From assembly GCA_032718475.1 (NCBI GenBank), contig JAUCBJ010005946.1, positions 18,644 through 82,643 on the forward strand: a stretch of 64,000 bases of DNA. Direction: 5' to 3'. The DNA comes from Nemertoderma westbladi (Eukaryota; Animalia; Xenacoelomorpha). Shown here in pieces: positions 51,547 to 63,102 of this stretch. Position 1 is the first letter of the stretch, and each line of letters begins with the position of its first letter. The translations under genes and the position numbers were made by a program. The notes below the pieces were generated by a model. That model saw only the letters and a program-made list of their open reading frames with translations. It was not told the DNA's origin and ran no database searches.

Positions 51547-52105
51547 GATTGAATCCGTAGGCTAAGGTCCTGAGGATTGTGTTCACGTGCTTTTTTTAAA
51601 ATAATTATTGAGTGAATTGCTATTTAATGTTGGTAGATCGATCATAATAGATGGACCTGATAAATCCCAGTTGTTAAGTTTTATTGTTAATTATAATGAT
51701 ACATTGCGGCCGTTAGTCGCCTCCTTTACGGCACAGTCAGATTACTGCTAGACTACGAAGCTACCGGTACCATGTACCGCTACACTACTGTTCCGCAAAT
51801 TGGGAACTTCTGTAGACGCACCTGTGACTACTGATGTATAGTTTTGGCCTAAGTCAAACAACAGTAGTAAAATGCAGTCGACTAACTGTATAATAATGTA
51901 GTAGTCTCCTAGTGAAATAATTAAATGAGAATTTAATAAACGGTTCAACTAGCTATCAATGTAATAATAATACATTCGTATATGTTAAAAATGATGTTTA
52001 GTAGCACAAAAAATAATTTTCACCCAATTGTAGGGTCCAGAAACACAAAAATGTGAGTTTCAATTTGGGGGTTAAATATCATAATAAAATAAATCTTCAA
52101 ATACT

Positions 52106-52308
52106 TTTTAATTTCTTGCAAAGATGTAGCCATACTGTATTTTCATGATAAATCATGATGATATTTGTTTATATTGAATTAATACAGCTTTGTAAAATAT
52201 CCATAAATTAATTATCGAAATATACTGAACAGTTTGGCTTAACTAAATGTAATGAACACTACAACATCCGCATAGATACATTGACACAATTCTGCCACAT
52301 CTAAATTT
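52106..52308 (-). repeat. Diverged direct duplicate of the LRRC34 5' UTR and first 10 codons
   Basis: Matches 52620-52792, including ATGGCTACATCTTT(A/G)CAAGAAATTAAAAAG. Confidence 0.9.
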
Positions 52309-52365
52309 TATACATAAACGCGCAGCATATTAGAACATAAAGTTTATATAATATTAAGAACTAAC

Positions 52366-52649
52366 AATGCTCCGTCGTTACTAATACTGTTATACTTTAA
52401 ATCCAGTCGATATAGATTCGACTTATCTTTGAGGCAATCTACAAGGGCATTAACATCAGAATCCTCTAGTCGCTTGTCACAAAGTAGTTTATCGTTTCCT
52501 CGGAAACTCAGGTCTAAACGATCCAAGTCAATATCCGACTTCTCCATGAGTTTATTTAGCGCTGCATTTATATATTTACTTTCTGCGATCCTCAACAATT
52601 TACATGAACCTTCGTAATCCTTTTTAATTTCTTGTAAAGATGTAGCCAT
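52366..52649 (-). CDS. LRRC34: LRRC34 first coding exon (spliced CDS 1350 nt, 449 aa over 6 exons)
   Basis: MATSLQEIKK...GNDKLLCDKRLEDSD...LDLKYNSISNDGA(L). The donor TT|gttagt is phase 2 and joins exon 2. All six exons splice in frame. Confidence 0.9.
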
Positions 52650-52845
52650 ATTTTCAAGATGATGTTTGTTTAGATTTAATACAGCTTTGTAAAATATTCG
52701 AGATGTACTGAACAGTTTGGTTTAAATAAATATAATGAACACTACAACATCCGCATAGATACATTGACACAATTCTGCCATATCTAAATTTAGTATATTT
52801 TGTCAATCAGTATATATAATTAGTATATTTCATCAATACGTGCTG

Positions 52846-53060
52846 TAATAATAATAATAATAATAAATAAAATGATTTGTACAACATAGCGCCGCTTAAC
52901 ATTCTGATCAGAGGCGCTTAAAAACTACGAAAATAAAAACTTATAGTCACAATAAAATTACTATTTTTAAAATAATATTAAAACCAAAGTTATCCTATGC
53001 AATCGACATAGTCACGAGTAAACAGATAAGTTTTCAGCTCCTTCTCAAATGAGTCCACCG
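52846..53060 (-). mobile_element. L2-type LINE 3' end fragment
   Basis: The minus strand reads FEKELKTYLF, followed by an AAGCGCC...GCGCTAT...(TAT)n tail. Confidence 0.5.
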
Positions 53061-56000
53061 ATATTATTATAATTACTGCTGTACTGTAACTATGTACATG
53101 GCTAAATGGTGAGCGGGTAGAGATGCGGTAATGTAGCGATTGGTTCTGGCGCGTTAGGTCAATTATTTAATTTTAATTACTTTATTTCGAGACTTAACAC
53201 CTCTTTTTATTCTCGTTTATTGCTTTTGTTCGAAAATATAACCTGCACCGAGGTCCTAAAATGCGCCAGGATAAAACTGTAAAAGCAAACCCTAACAGTT
53301 TAGGTACCGTTCTGGTAGGCCATACCAAAATTCGTGATTACTGCTTTCTTTCAAATATATTGTTTGAAATAGTTGCTGGGAAACCGTTTTGTGACTCAGC
53401 TGATTTCCTGGTTCATTTCATTTCTGAGTTTTACAATCCGCAATCAGTATGCAGTACAGCAGTACATACTGACATAGGCCTACCAAGGCCATCCCGCCAT
53501 CTGCAGATCTAAACAACTATTCTATTCCAGTATTCTACATCTACCTACTGACCTACAGATCAGCAGATCTATTTAGATGGCCTTGAGGCCTACCCATACC
53601 ACTGTACCAGCACAGCCTGACAGCACTACAGCCTGACAGCAGCATAAAGGCATACCAATACTGCAATACCAGACCAGCATACAGCGTACAGCCATACCTC
53701 CAATACCTCCATACCCAGGCTGCCAGGTACCGGTACTTCTGCTGTTCTGTACTTCAGATTCAGAACGTGGTTTGGCAGGTTGGTGGTACAGTCTACAGTC
53801 CTGGAGTCCTGTGTGGTGGAAGCGGAAGGTTCGGTAACCGTAACCCTGTAACCTGCCTGCCTGCTAACCTGGTAACGGTCAGACGGTCTGCAGTCTGAGT
53901 CTGACGGCTGACGATGCGCGCGGTTGGCTGACGAGATGAGAATATCTGAATGTGTGGGTAGTGTAGTACAGCAGTCGGGTACCGGTACATGACATAAAAT
54001 TAAATAAAGTCCAAATTTAAATATTTCCATTTAAATTTAAACTCTTTTTTAAATTTGAATATTTTCATAAATCTTTGAAAATGTTAGTTATCAAAATTAC
54101 TTAATTGTGAGATTTTAAGGAAAATTACATACATTAGGACAGACAGACATATTTGGCAAGTGATAATAAGTGTTTTTGGCCTTTAGTGTTAACAAATTCC
54201 ATGTTTTAGCTTTTAGGTAGGCCTATCTGTACTGTGGTACACAATAACACAATACAGCAATAGACGTTGACTGAATAAGTACTGTAGTGTATCTGCTAGG
54301 TAATTTGATATTCATTAGGCTACAATATAGGTACAGGCCAAACTGTCTGAATTCCTAATCAAGGTATATTCTGATATTAACAAGCAATGGCAAATGGCGG
54401 CGCATTTAACCGTAGGAAGAAGTAAAGGTGTATGGATACCAAGTTGTTGTTGTATTATTCATAATTACAATATGGAAAAGTGGCATAACGTACAATATAA
54501 ATTGGTCCCTTTAAAAGCTTCAAAACAAATAAAGATGTCTTACCTTAAATTATTTGTTAATAGGAAACTCGTTCCTAACCCCACCATGTAACTGATGTAG
54601 CTACTCAAACCCAAACCCCTGTTGCTCACCACTCAGTATCTTGCCAAACTGATGACTGGAACACGAATGCACTCAATTTTTCTGTTGACACTGTTCTTAA
54701 AGAACTATTGACTGATAATTTATCAAAAGAACATTGTGTCGCTTTAGCTGGTGCTCTTGGTGGTAATATCGAAAAAAGGTTGGGTGCGATCGCCCTTGAA
54801 TTAATAGAAAGAAGCAGTGATACGTCTTGCTACTTTTTTAGTAAAAGCATGAGAGAAGACCCTGCAATTGAACAACTAAATGAAAACTGTGGTGACCTAA
54901 TTAATTTCGTGAAATCTGCTATCAGACATCCAAACCATCACCAACCAAAACTGCGTCATCCAATAATTTATTAAACCAAACAGTTTATGCTATGCACGAA
55001 ACAACACTTACCTTTCGTTACCTGACAGCCTGATGTCTGCCTATCATTAACTTCGTATTGTCTGACAAACAGTAAGGTCAATATGAAGCTCTTAAATTAT
55101 GGCCGTCCCAGTGGAAGCTATGCTAAAATAACAAATGTTATACATAAATTGGCAGAGCTGCCCCAAAAGGTTATCGATGATGATCTGTGGAGCATTTCGA
55201 TAACCAACTCGTGCCCTACATTGGTATTGTAGGACACGGGCGTCTTTTACTAATTGCGTCGCCTTCTTCTTGAGTGCAGATGATCGTTGGGGAGTGCGTA
55301 ACATTTCTAATTTCTTATATGGACCACGATTTCCTGGCACATTACCCCTCCATCGTTTGCCGGTAACTCTTTTAGGGGTACTGGTCACCGAGACGCAATG
55401 GCTTGTCGATGAAGAATGTGGTGGACTGGTTGAAGTACCAGTTAAACTCGGAGTCGGAACACTCAAGTCTGTTGGTTCTGAAACTGTTGTTGTTTTATAT
55501 TACGAAGTATTTTTGTCATTATTACATCGTTTGAAAAATGTATGTATCCATTTACCAAAACTTGCCGTATTGCGGCATTTTTAATTAATTTTAATTATTA
55601 TTTGGCCTACTATTACTTAACATCAAAAACGAATTATATTTTGTTTGTCTGGCTGTTTTGATTTATATTTCGAATTAATGTAGTGTTATACTGTTATATT
55701 ATAATAATAGTTGGATAAAATCGATTTATATCGAGCGAGCGAGAATTCGAGCAGCACGTGATCAGATACTTACTCGAAATAATTCAATAGTAGGTCAGAT
55801 AATGGGTCTGACTGTTAGTTTTTGCTTTAAATTTTGAAATATAGTCTTCTGCCCGGATATCGTTTGAAAAAATGTATTTTTATCAAAAAACTAATTGTCA
55901 GACCACCTTGAGGTGTCTGCGTCTGGGTGGGTGGGTGTGGTCGTTACTCGTGATGCCGTGTACTGCTGTACTCTGGCTGTCTGTCTACATATTCGTATTC

Positions 56001-56247
56001 ATCTGTTCATATGTGTACTGAGACTGCATACATATTCATATTTGTCTACCGGTTCCATTACCATTCTACAGTTTTACAATATCGGTACAGCAATATGCCT
56101 ATTACAATATTGCATTGCATAGGCCTGTTATTATAGTATTATATCATGCAATATACTTATTAGGCCTATACAATACAATCTACATACCGGCAGACCGGTA
56201 TTATTGTGTGTAAGCGCTAAACGACAGGACATAAATTTATCTGGAGT

Positions 56248-56297
56248 ATGGACGTGGACAATATGTACGAAGGGTTTTCTTTTGAAAATTGTCTCAG
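56248..56297 (+). CDS. PSMB7: Proteasome subunit beta type-7-like (beta-2), exon 1 (propeptide)
   Basis: MDVDNMYEGFSFENCL(R) carries the GFxFxNCxRN beta-2 propeptide motif; donor AG|gttagt, phase 2. Absent from the ORF track. Confidence 0.85.
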
Positions 56298-56958
56298 GTT
56301 AGTTGCCATTAGCCATTATTATTTATTGTTTGCTGCACATGGTAATCCTAGTCCAGTCTGCTCCGTGTGTAGTCCTAGCTCCTAGCACCTAGATGCAAAT
56401 TATTAGGTACATGATCTTCAACTGATTCCATTAGTCATTACCGTATTTATTTTACAGTGACATGTGACATGGCAAAGTTTCGGTTTATGAAAAAGTGCAA
56501 CTTTTAGGTTTTGTGAATTTTGTAACACACATTAACAGGTGCCTTCTGGAACAAGTTAATGCTTGGCTTGCTCATACTGTAATGATGTTGAATAGGCCTA
56601 GTATGTCTATTAAATTATAATTAATAAATAATTTAATTTATTAGATTTCATTAAATTTTAAATTAGTTAATAATTTAATTTATTAGATTTCATTAAATTT
56701 TAAATTAGTTACCGGTATTTATTAACCCTCAAAAAATCAAGGCCAAGTACCTGTGTATACCTTTCAAAGTACCTGTATTTCACTTTTAGGCTCTCGTTTC
56801 GTATTTCACGCACTTGTTTACACTCGTGCGTGGAAATATTCCCACTCAAGTCGGCGTGAAATACAGTGGTACCGGTACTTTATTTACATCGAATATATAG
56901 TTAATACTGTTATATACCGCATCGTTATTCTTATTGTTTAAATATTATACTGTTATAG

Positions 56959-57138
56959 GAATACACGATTAGCGGAGAAGGGACTGAAAGCGAAACCTTA
57001 TAATAAGACGGGGACGACAATAGTGGGTCTGATGTTTAAGGATGGGGTTGTCCTGGGAGCTGACACCAGAGCTACCGGTGGATCCACAGTCTTATCTAAA
57101 GATTGCGAGAAGTTACATTATCTGGCTCCGAATATGTA
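56959..57138 (+). CDS. PSMB7: Proteasome subunit beta type-7-like, exon 2 (catalytic Thr1)
   Basis: [59 protein letters not shown](Y); ttatag acceptor and gtaagt donor. Confidence 0.93.
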
Positions 57139-57434
57139 GTAAGTTTAATTTACCCCAGTAGTACTACTATATATATATATACTCTTTGTTACATACTTTG
57201 TACCGGTACAACTTGCCCTGGCGATATTCTTAATTTTTCCACTAGATGTACCTGTGTAACATATAATTTGCATTCCCCATGCAAAATCGCTCCCTGGTTA
57301 AAATGATCTAGTGTATTCTCACACCCGGGGTGTAATTTCCATACCTGTAGTGCTGTAGTGTATTTTTAACTCCCTCCTGTGAAAACTCACCCCTGCATTT
57401 ATGAATTTTCACTCTGTGCAAATCCATCCCCACT

Positions 57435-58040
57435 TACTACTACTAGCCTACTAATACTACGATCGGCATGCTGAATTGCAGCTGTATTATATGCCGGTAT
57501 ATATTACATATTTATTAAGAATGCTGTGCCGGCTTGTCGACAAAATGACACAACTCCCTATCACCCATGACATTTGCTAGATCATCCGCATCTTCAAGGC
57601 CAGTGTCCTTTAAGATGCGTCTCACGAAAGTCATGGGTTGTCCACCATGCTTATTCGCCTCATGAGGCTGCCAAAGTACAAGATTATGCACTGGCTGGTC
57701 CTCACGGCGAAAGCAATGTCCTGCAAAGCGCAGGCGGTTCCGTTCAAGTGTCAAGATAGGGAAGACTAATGGAACACATCCAATGCTGTATAGTATGATT
57801 GGAGATGTGTTCATTGTAATTGACACAATGAACCCGGCGCAGCATTCTTGTATAAGTGCTATCCAGAGATTTGGTATCCTCTGCAGTTAGAGCCCAGCAT
57901 GGACTCCCATATAAGAGTACTGGTACTACTACTGCCATAAATAATCGAACCTTAAGGTTCCGTTTTTTTATATGGGTCTTCCAATTCCTGAACAGACTAG
58001 TCAATGCTGCCCATGCCTTCCCCTTACGTATCCCCACTGT
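57435..58040 (-). mobile_element. RTE-type LINE 3' fragment
   Basis: RKGKAWAA...VLLYGSPCW...RMLRR...RLRFAGHCFRR with a (TAG)n tail; same family as 3835-4437. It appears nested in a MITE-like element (about 57345-58258). Confidence 0.85.
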
Positions 58041-58937
58041 ATTCTCACTCCCGGTGTCTTCTACAGTACCTTACTACATACAAATCTCCATCGTGTGTTT
58101 GTCTGTGTTTAAGAGGTATCTGTGGTCACCTAACTGAGGCTTATATCGAATTTAATTTATATCTAAAATTAAAATTTAAGGGTTAAAATTCCCTAGTGAA
58201 TTTTAACCGGGGGGTGAATTTTTGGGGGTTGAAATTCTCTGCTACAGTGCTACACCGGTATAAATAAAAAAAAAGATTTATTTAAGTTGTATTAAATGTT
58301 CTTATTTTTCCATATAATCTGTTTGCAACTACATTCTCTCTCTTTATTTGTACAGTGGGTCAATGTGGGTGCCGGTCACTTCGCCACACTGCCATTTCGA
58401 CACAGAAATTATGTATCGAAGTAAACAGTAAATTTCATATCACGCAGGCAGGGATGGCATAACGAAACGAAATAATGAGTGTTTCGTTCGTTAAATTTTC
58501 CGTTTCATTTCGTTAAATTAAAAAGTAATTAATCAATACGATATAAATGTATTATTATTATTTTAAAATTATAAAAGGTACCAGTATAGTGTATAAAACT
58601 CAAAAGGAGACATACCGCCAAAAGTTGGGGGGAGAGTCAACACCGTATTTTGGTAGAAATATAATGTATTATTTTATTATTATATTGTTCTACATTATCG
58701 TATATCATGGTGCTGGTATCGGGGCGGTTATATTTAAAACGAAACGAAAACCTATGATCTTCGAAAAATGTATGAAACGAAACGACGTGCTATTTCTGCT
58801 AAGTGCTAAGTTAACTATATTTCATATTTAACTTTATTTGCGTTATAGAACTACATTTAAGACAAGAGGACCGTCTCATACGTAACAGAACCCAGTCCAA
58901 TACCGGTATTGTAATATGTTTCCTTTTCATCCTGTAG

Positions 58938-59078
58938 TTGTGCCGGGGCTGGGACAGCTGCGGATATGGTTATGGTAGGGAACATGATTGCGGGTCAACT
59001 CAATCTCCACAGTCTCAATACCGACAGACCCCCTAGAGTAGTCACTGCACTGACGATGCTGAGTCACTATCTATACAA
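58938..59078 (+). CDS. PSMB7: Proteasome subunit beta type-7-like, exon 3 (gene continues beyond the window)
   Basis: cctgtag acceptor; CAGAGTAADMVMVGNMIAGQLNLHSLNTDRPPRVVTALTMLSHYLY; donor AA|gttagt. Confidence 0.92.
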
Positions 59079-61107
59079 GTTAGTTTATTTTATTTTGTAT
59101 AATTTGTATTAGTGCTTTAGTATAATGTGTTAAACGAACTGATAAAGTGGTAGGCATTCACCAGCGGTAACGTACTGTACGAATGATAATAATAAACAAT
59201 TGAAGGTTTTTAGCTGGTTATTAATTAAAGATAGTAAACTAGTAGATAGTTACCAGTACAAAGTCAGATGCAGACCGGCAGGTCGAACACGTTTACTGTC
59301 TTTAAGGGGGGGGGGGGGGGTGTAGGTAGACCCCCCCCCCCCCCCCCCCCCCTACCGCTGCGGCTTTTTCATAATTTTGTACATGTCTCCAATGTCGTTG
59401 TAAAATGCAATGCATAGATAACTATATACCATCTGTATAGATGGATATGTGATATGAGGGGACCGGACAAGATGAGCGGAAATCTATCTGACCGACCGCT
59501 GCTACATATAATGAATCTTGAAATCAGTGAGAAATATGGTGTCATGCAGACAGGTGCGTGATACCGTGGATAACACAGAATGAGATGTACGTCAGTACGT
59601 ACATGTAGGCCAAGTGCTACAGTACTGCACTGTATACTGAAAGTAATGTCTGTGGTTATGGGGCGAGCCACGTAGTGAGGCGAGTCTGTGGTATCCCTAC
59701 ACCATCGAAAGGAGAATCATCAAAAGAACATAAAAAAACGGCGCCCCCTGGCGGCCTGCGTGAGATTTTAACAATTTCACTAAAATGACTACTGCGTAGT
59801 GCTCCGTTATTCGATTCCACATTTTTTTCAGTTCACAGTTTCGGTACCAGTACCAGTTAATTTTCATCATATTTTTCACGCACTTTTTGTATTTTCGTTC
59901 TCTATTTCTGATAATTGACAATTTTGTAAAAAAAATATCAAATTTTTTTAAAAACTGAACAAACCCATGTTTTTTTGTAATTTTTCATTCAAAAAAATGG
60001 GGAAATATTATTAAATAAAGAAAAGTGCGTGAAATTGTTTGAAGCTTATGAAATTACTTTTCATATAAAGCAAAAATTTCAAAAAACGGTTAAGAAATGG
60101 CGGAGGAGTAGTATTTTTCGTGCGAAAAAATGTCATTCTGAGATAATCGCCTTCAAATTTCAAACCTTCCCGCGCAAAACTACATATGTGGTCTGTTTGG
60201 TTAATAGTGTCCGACAGGAAGGAAGCACATCAACGAGCTAAAATTATATTTATAGTGGTTTTCGGGGTAGCTGATTTCCGATTTCAGTTTTAATATTTGG
60301 TGGAATGTAGTCTGTCCATCTGTCGGTTGTCTGTCTGTCTTTCTTACATTGTGACAGACAGATTGGCAGACAGATATTCCACGATAACTCGAGAACTAAA
60401 GGAGATCTCTCGTATTCAGATTTTAAGTCACCATTAAATTCTGCTCTAGGTGCAAAACAAAACAAATTTATATATGGAAATTTTTTCCTAAAGGAAATGC
60501 AACCACGAAGCTAAGGAAAATTAAACAAACTTTGACTCTTTAGTTTGTTGCTCTCTCTGCTTAGCCTAGTTAAGAGGTAGGTAGGCCTATTTGCCTTTAT
60601 TCAACTCACATTGCCATGGGAACTAGAGGTTTCTGGAACTGTCTGTTTAACATTTAAAATAAGATCCTGTCCAGATTGTGTGTGCTTCAGATGACACAAT
60701 ACCGAGTTCCAGAAAACATTATTTCGTAGTTTATGTCCAAATTACCGATTTTTATCAAAGTGCATTGGTTTGCAGTGGTTGTCATGGAAACTGAAAAATA
60801 GAACTATGTAATTCGGATGCTCAATAAGTAATATAGTGGGGGTACGGGTTGGTCCCAAGTCATAACATATTAACCTTGTGCATCAACTTGTTGTTTGGTT
60901 GCCAACTGGATTTTCTATTTAACCTCAATCAGCTCAGCCATTGCACTTTATAATTGAGTTGGAAATCCCTAAGTATTTAAATCTATTGTAGTTTTGCTAC
61001 GAATCGAGTCATAAATATTGACTTAAAATATATATATTTATATATATTATGCAACTTAAGACTATGACCGTTCAATAGAAGTGGATTAGGTGGGAGTGTG
61101 AGTGTCA

Positions 61108-61190
61108 GGGGCTAGTGGCTGAGCTGGTTAGCGCTACTGATGAGGCCTGTTAGGCCGAAACGTACGTATAGCGCTGGTTCAACCCCCGGT
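61108..61190 (+). mobile_element. tRNA-like Pol III/SINE head containing a hammerhead ribozyme
   Basis: A box TGGCTGAGCTGG (61116-61127) and B box GGTTCAACCCC (61176-61186). Confidence 0.75.
61130..61175 (+). ncRNA. Minimal type I hammerhead ribozyme
   Basis: Stem I AGCGCUA/UAGCGCU, core CUGAUGA, stem II GGCCU-GUU-AGGCC, GAAA, palindromic stem III ACGUACGU, and a GUA cleavage triplet ending at 61168. Confidence 0.9.
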
Positions 61191-61397
61191 GACGCGCTGT
61201 CTCATTTTTTCCACTTCTGAACAAAACCATTTACATTACAACATTAAAATATATAGACTTTATTCTAAGTCCGTTACCATGAAAACCAGATTTTTCCCAG
61301 ATAATAATAATAATATTTATAAAGCGCCCTTCTAACATTATTTCAAGGCGCTGCGCTGTGTATGTGTAGGTACTGCATGCATGAAATGTAATTAGTG

Positions 61398-61758
61398 CCG
61401 GTGTGGCAAACAGACTGAGAAAACTCCCCACCAAATATGACTCTCCAGTCTTCTCAGCCTAGGCTGAGAACACTCCCCAGTTGTCCCCCTATATTTCTTA
61501 ATTAACGGAAAGGAGCAGGTTACAGTGGCGGGATTTTCTAGCTAAAACAATAAACGATAACTCAATAACATAGGTTGCAGTTATATATTTGCAATATACG
61601 AAAATACCACAGGTTCGGATTTCGATATGAATTATAACTCAATTAGGGGAGTCTCATCTCAGCCTAAGGGGAGTTATCTCAGCCTAGGCTGAGATAACTG
61701 GGCTGAGATGACTGGGGAGTCATTTCAAGGGAGAGTTTTCTCAGCCTTGTACACCGGT
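61398..61758. mobile_element. MITE with imperfect TIRs and internal inverted motifs
   Basis: CCGGTGT...CTGAGAAAACTCCCC ... GGGAGAGTTTTCTCAG...ACACCGG; internal palindrome CTCAGCCTAGGCTGAG. Confidence 0.7.
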
Positions 61759-61799
61759 AGGTATTTTCTACAAAACTGGCTAAAAAAAACTAAAAACAT

Positions 61800-62470
61800 A
61801 AGTACATAATAGTGTATTTTCAGTTTTTCTTTAAAAATACCAATTTTTGCGTATTGACAATTGGCGTATATCGTTGGGTAGGGAATTCCATGTGCGAGGT
61901 GCCGCGACAGAGAACGCGCGTCTTCCATAGCTCTCAAGGTTGTATCGGGGTACAATACAACCAATAATCCCTCACCGCCCGAACGTAAGTCCCCCCCCCC
62001 CCCCCCCCCCCCGGGTGTATATCGCTTGAACAGTTCGCAGAGATAGCCCGGCGCGGTACCGTTCCAGCACTTGTATGATAACATAGCCAATTTATTTTCA
62101 AAACGCCTATTAATTGGGAGCCAGTGGAGGCGTTTCAGTACTGGAACTATGTGCTCGCGCTTTCTGATACCTTCTAACATTCGCGCTTCTCACGCTCAGT
62201 ACTGCACATATTGTAATTTCTTTATGTATTTATCAGGCAACCTTAGTAGAGTGAGTTGTTGTTGTCCAATTTACTTGTTATATAAATGCATGTATTAATA
62301 TTTCCAATTCACGGCTAGATAAAAATCGCTTTATTTTGAAAACCTTAGATAACGAGCGCGAGTGTATATTGAGAACAATAATGGACCAAGCACGGAACCC
62401 TGTGGAGCCCATACATTAGCTTCTGGCACTCAGAATAGGTGTTCCCTTACTTTAACCTGTTGAGTTCGTC
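61800..62470 (-). mobile_element. L2-clade LINE RT remnant
   Basis: PQGSVLGPLLFSIY and REHIVPVLKRLHWLPI...APGYL motifs, frameshifted. Confidence 0.8.
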
Positions 62471-63102
62471 CGTATGCATCCTCTAGTTTGATTTGTTTAG
62501 ACAATGCCGTGACTTTGGGTTGTTTTATCCCAGACTTCACCTTGAGGCGTACGAGACACGGCACCAATGACCTTCATCTGTTTCCAAATTAAGGTTTTTT
62601 TGATTCGTTATTAGCAAACGCTTTAATATCACTTACATTTGTTTCTAAATCACTAGCTTCTTCTCGATATCCACGACATTGGCTTCACTTTCAATGCACA
62701 ATTCCTTCTTTAAGTCGCGCCTAATTAGTGTCAATAATCCTACGCTCTAACATATTTGATCTATTGGTTAATGCGTCAATTTCTTGAACCATTTCTAAGA
62801 ATCTATCTTCAAGTCGCGATTCCAACTTCTCTAAATATAAAGATACAACATATTGACAGATTGAAGGGGTGACAGAGGCTTGGCCGCGCTGCCCTTTCAG
62901 ATATGAGACCTATCCAAAACGATGCGTTTTGGTTAGTATTATATAAATGAAAATTTTCAGGGCATTTTTAAAGGTTAGTTTTGGCTGGATAATTTTGGAG
63001 AAGGGCCCACTATGAATACACCATATCAGCTTTAAGGAAAATCTTTCTTAGCGAAGGTAATTGATTTTCCTTAGCTTCGTGGACCAGCTAAAGACCCTCA
63101 AT

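Larger units (their letters stand above)
46620..51650 (-). mobile_element. Near full-length CR1/L2-group non-LTR retrotransposon in LRRC34 intron 1 (ends approximate)
   Basis: ORF1 is followed by a PHD-EN-RT ORF2, in the same orientation as the host gene. Confidence 0.92.

Noticed and set aside
61108-61195. Functional tRNA gene
   Set aside because: There is no acceptor stem or anticodon arm; only the promoter boxes are tRNA-like. The heads at 1676, 5865 and about 29550 are SINE-derived for similar reasons.
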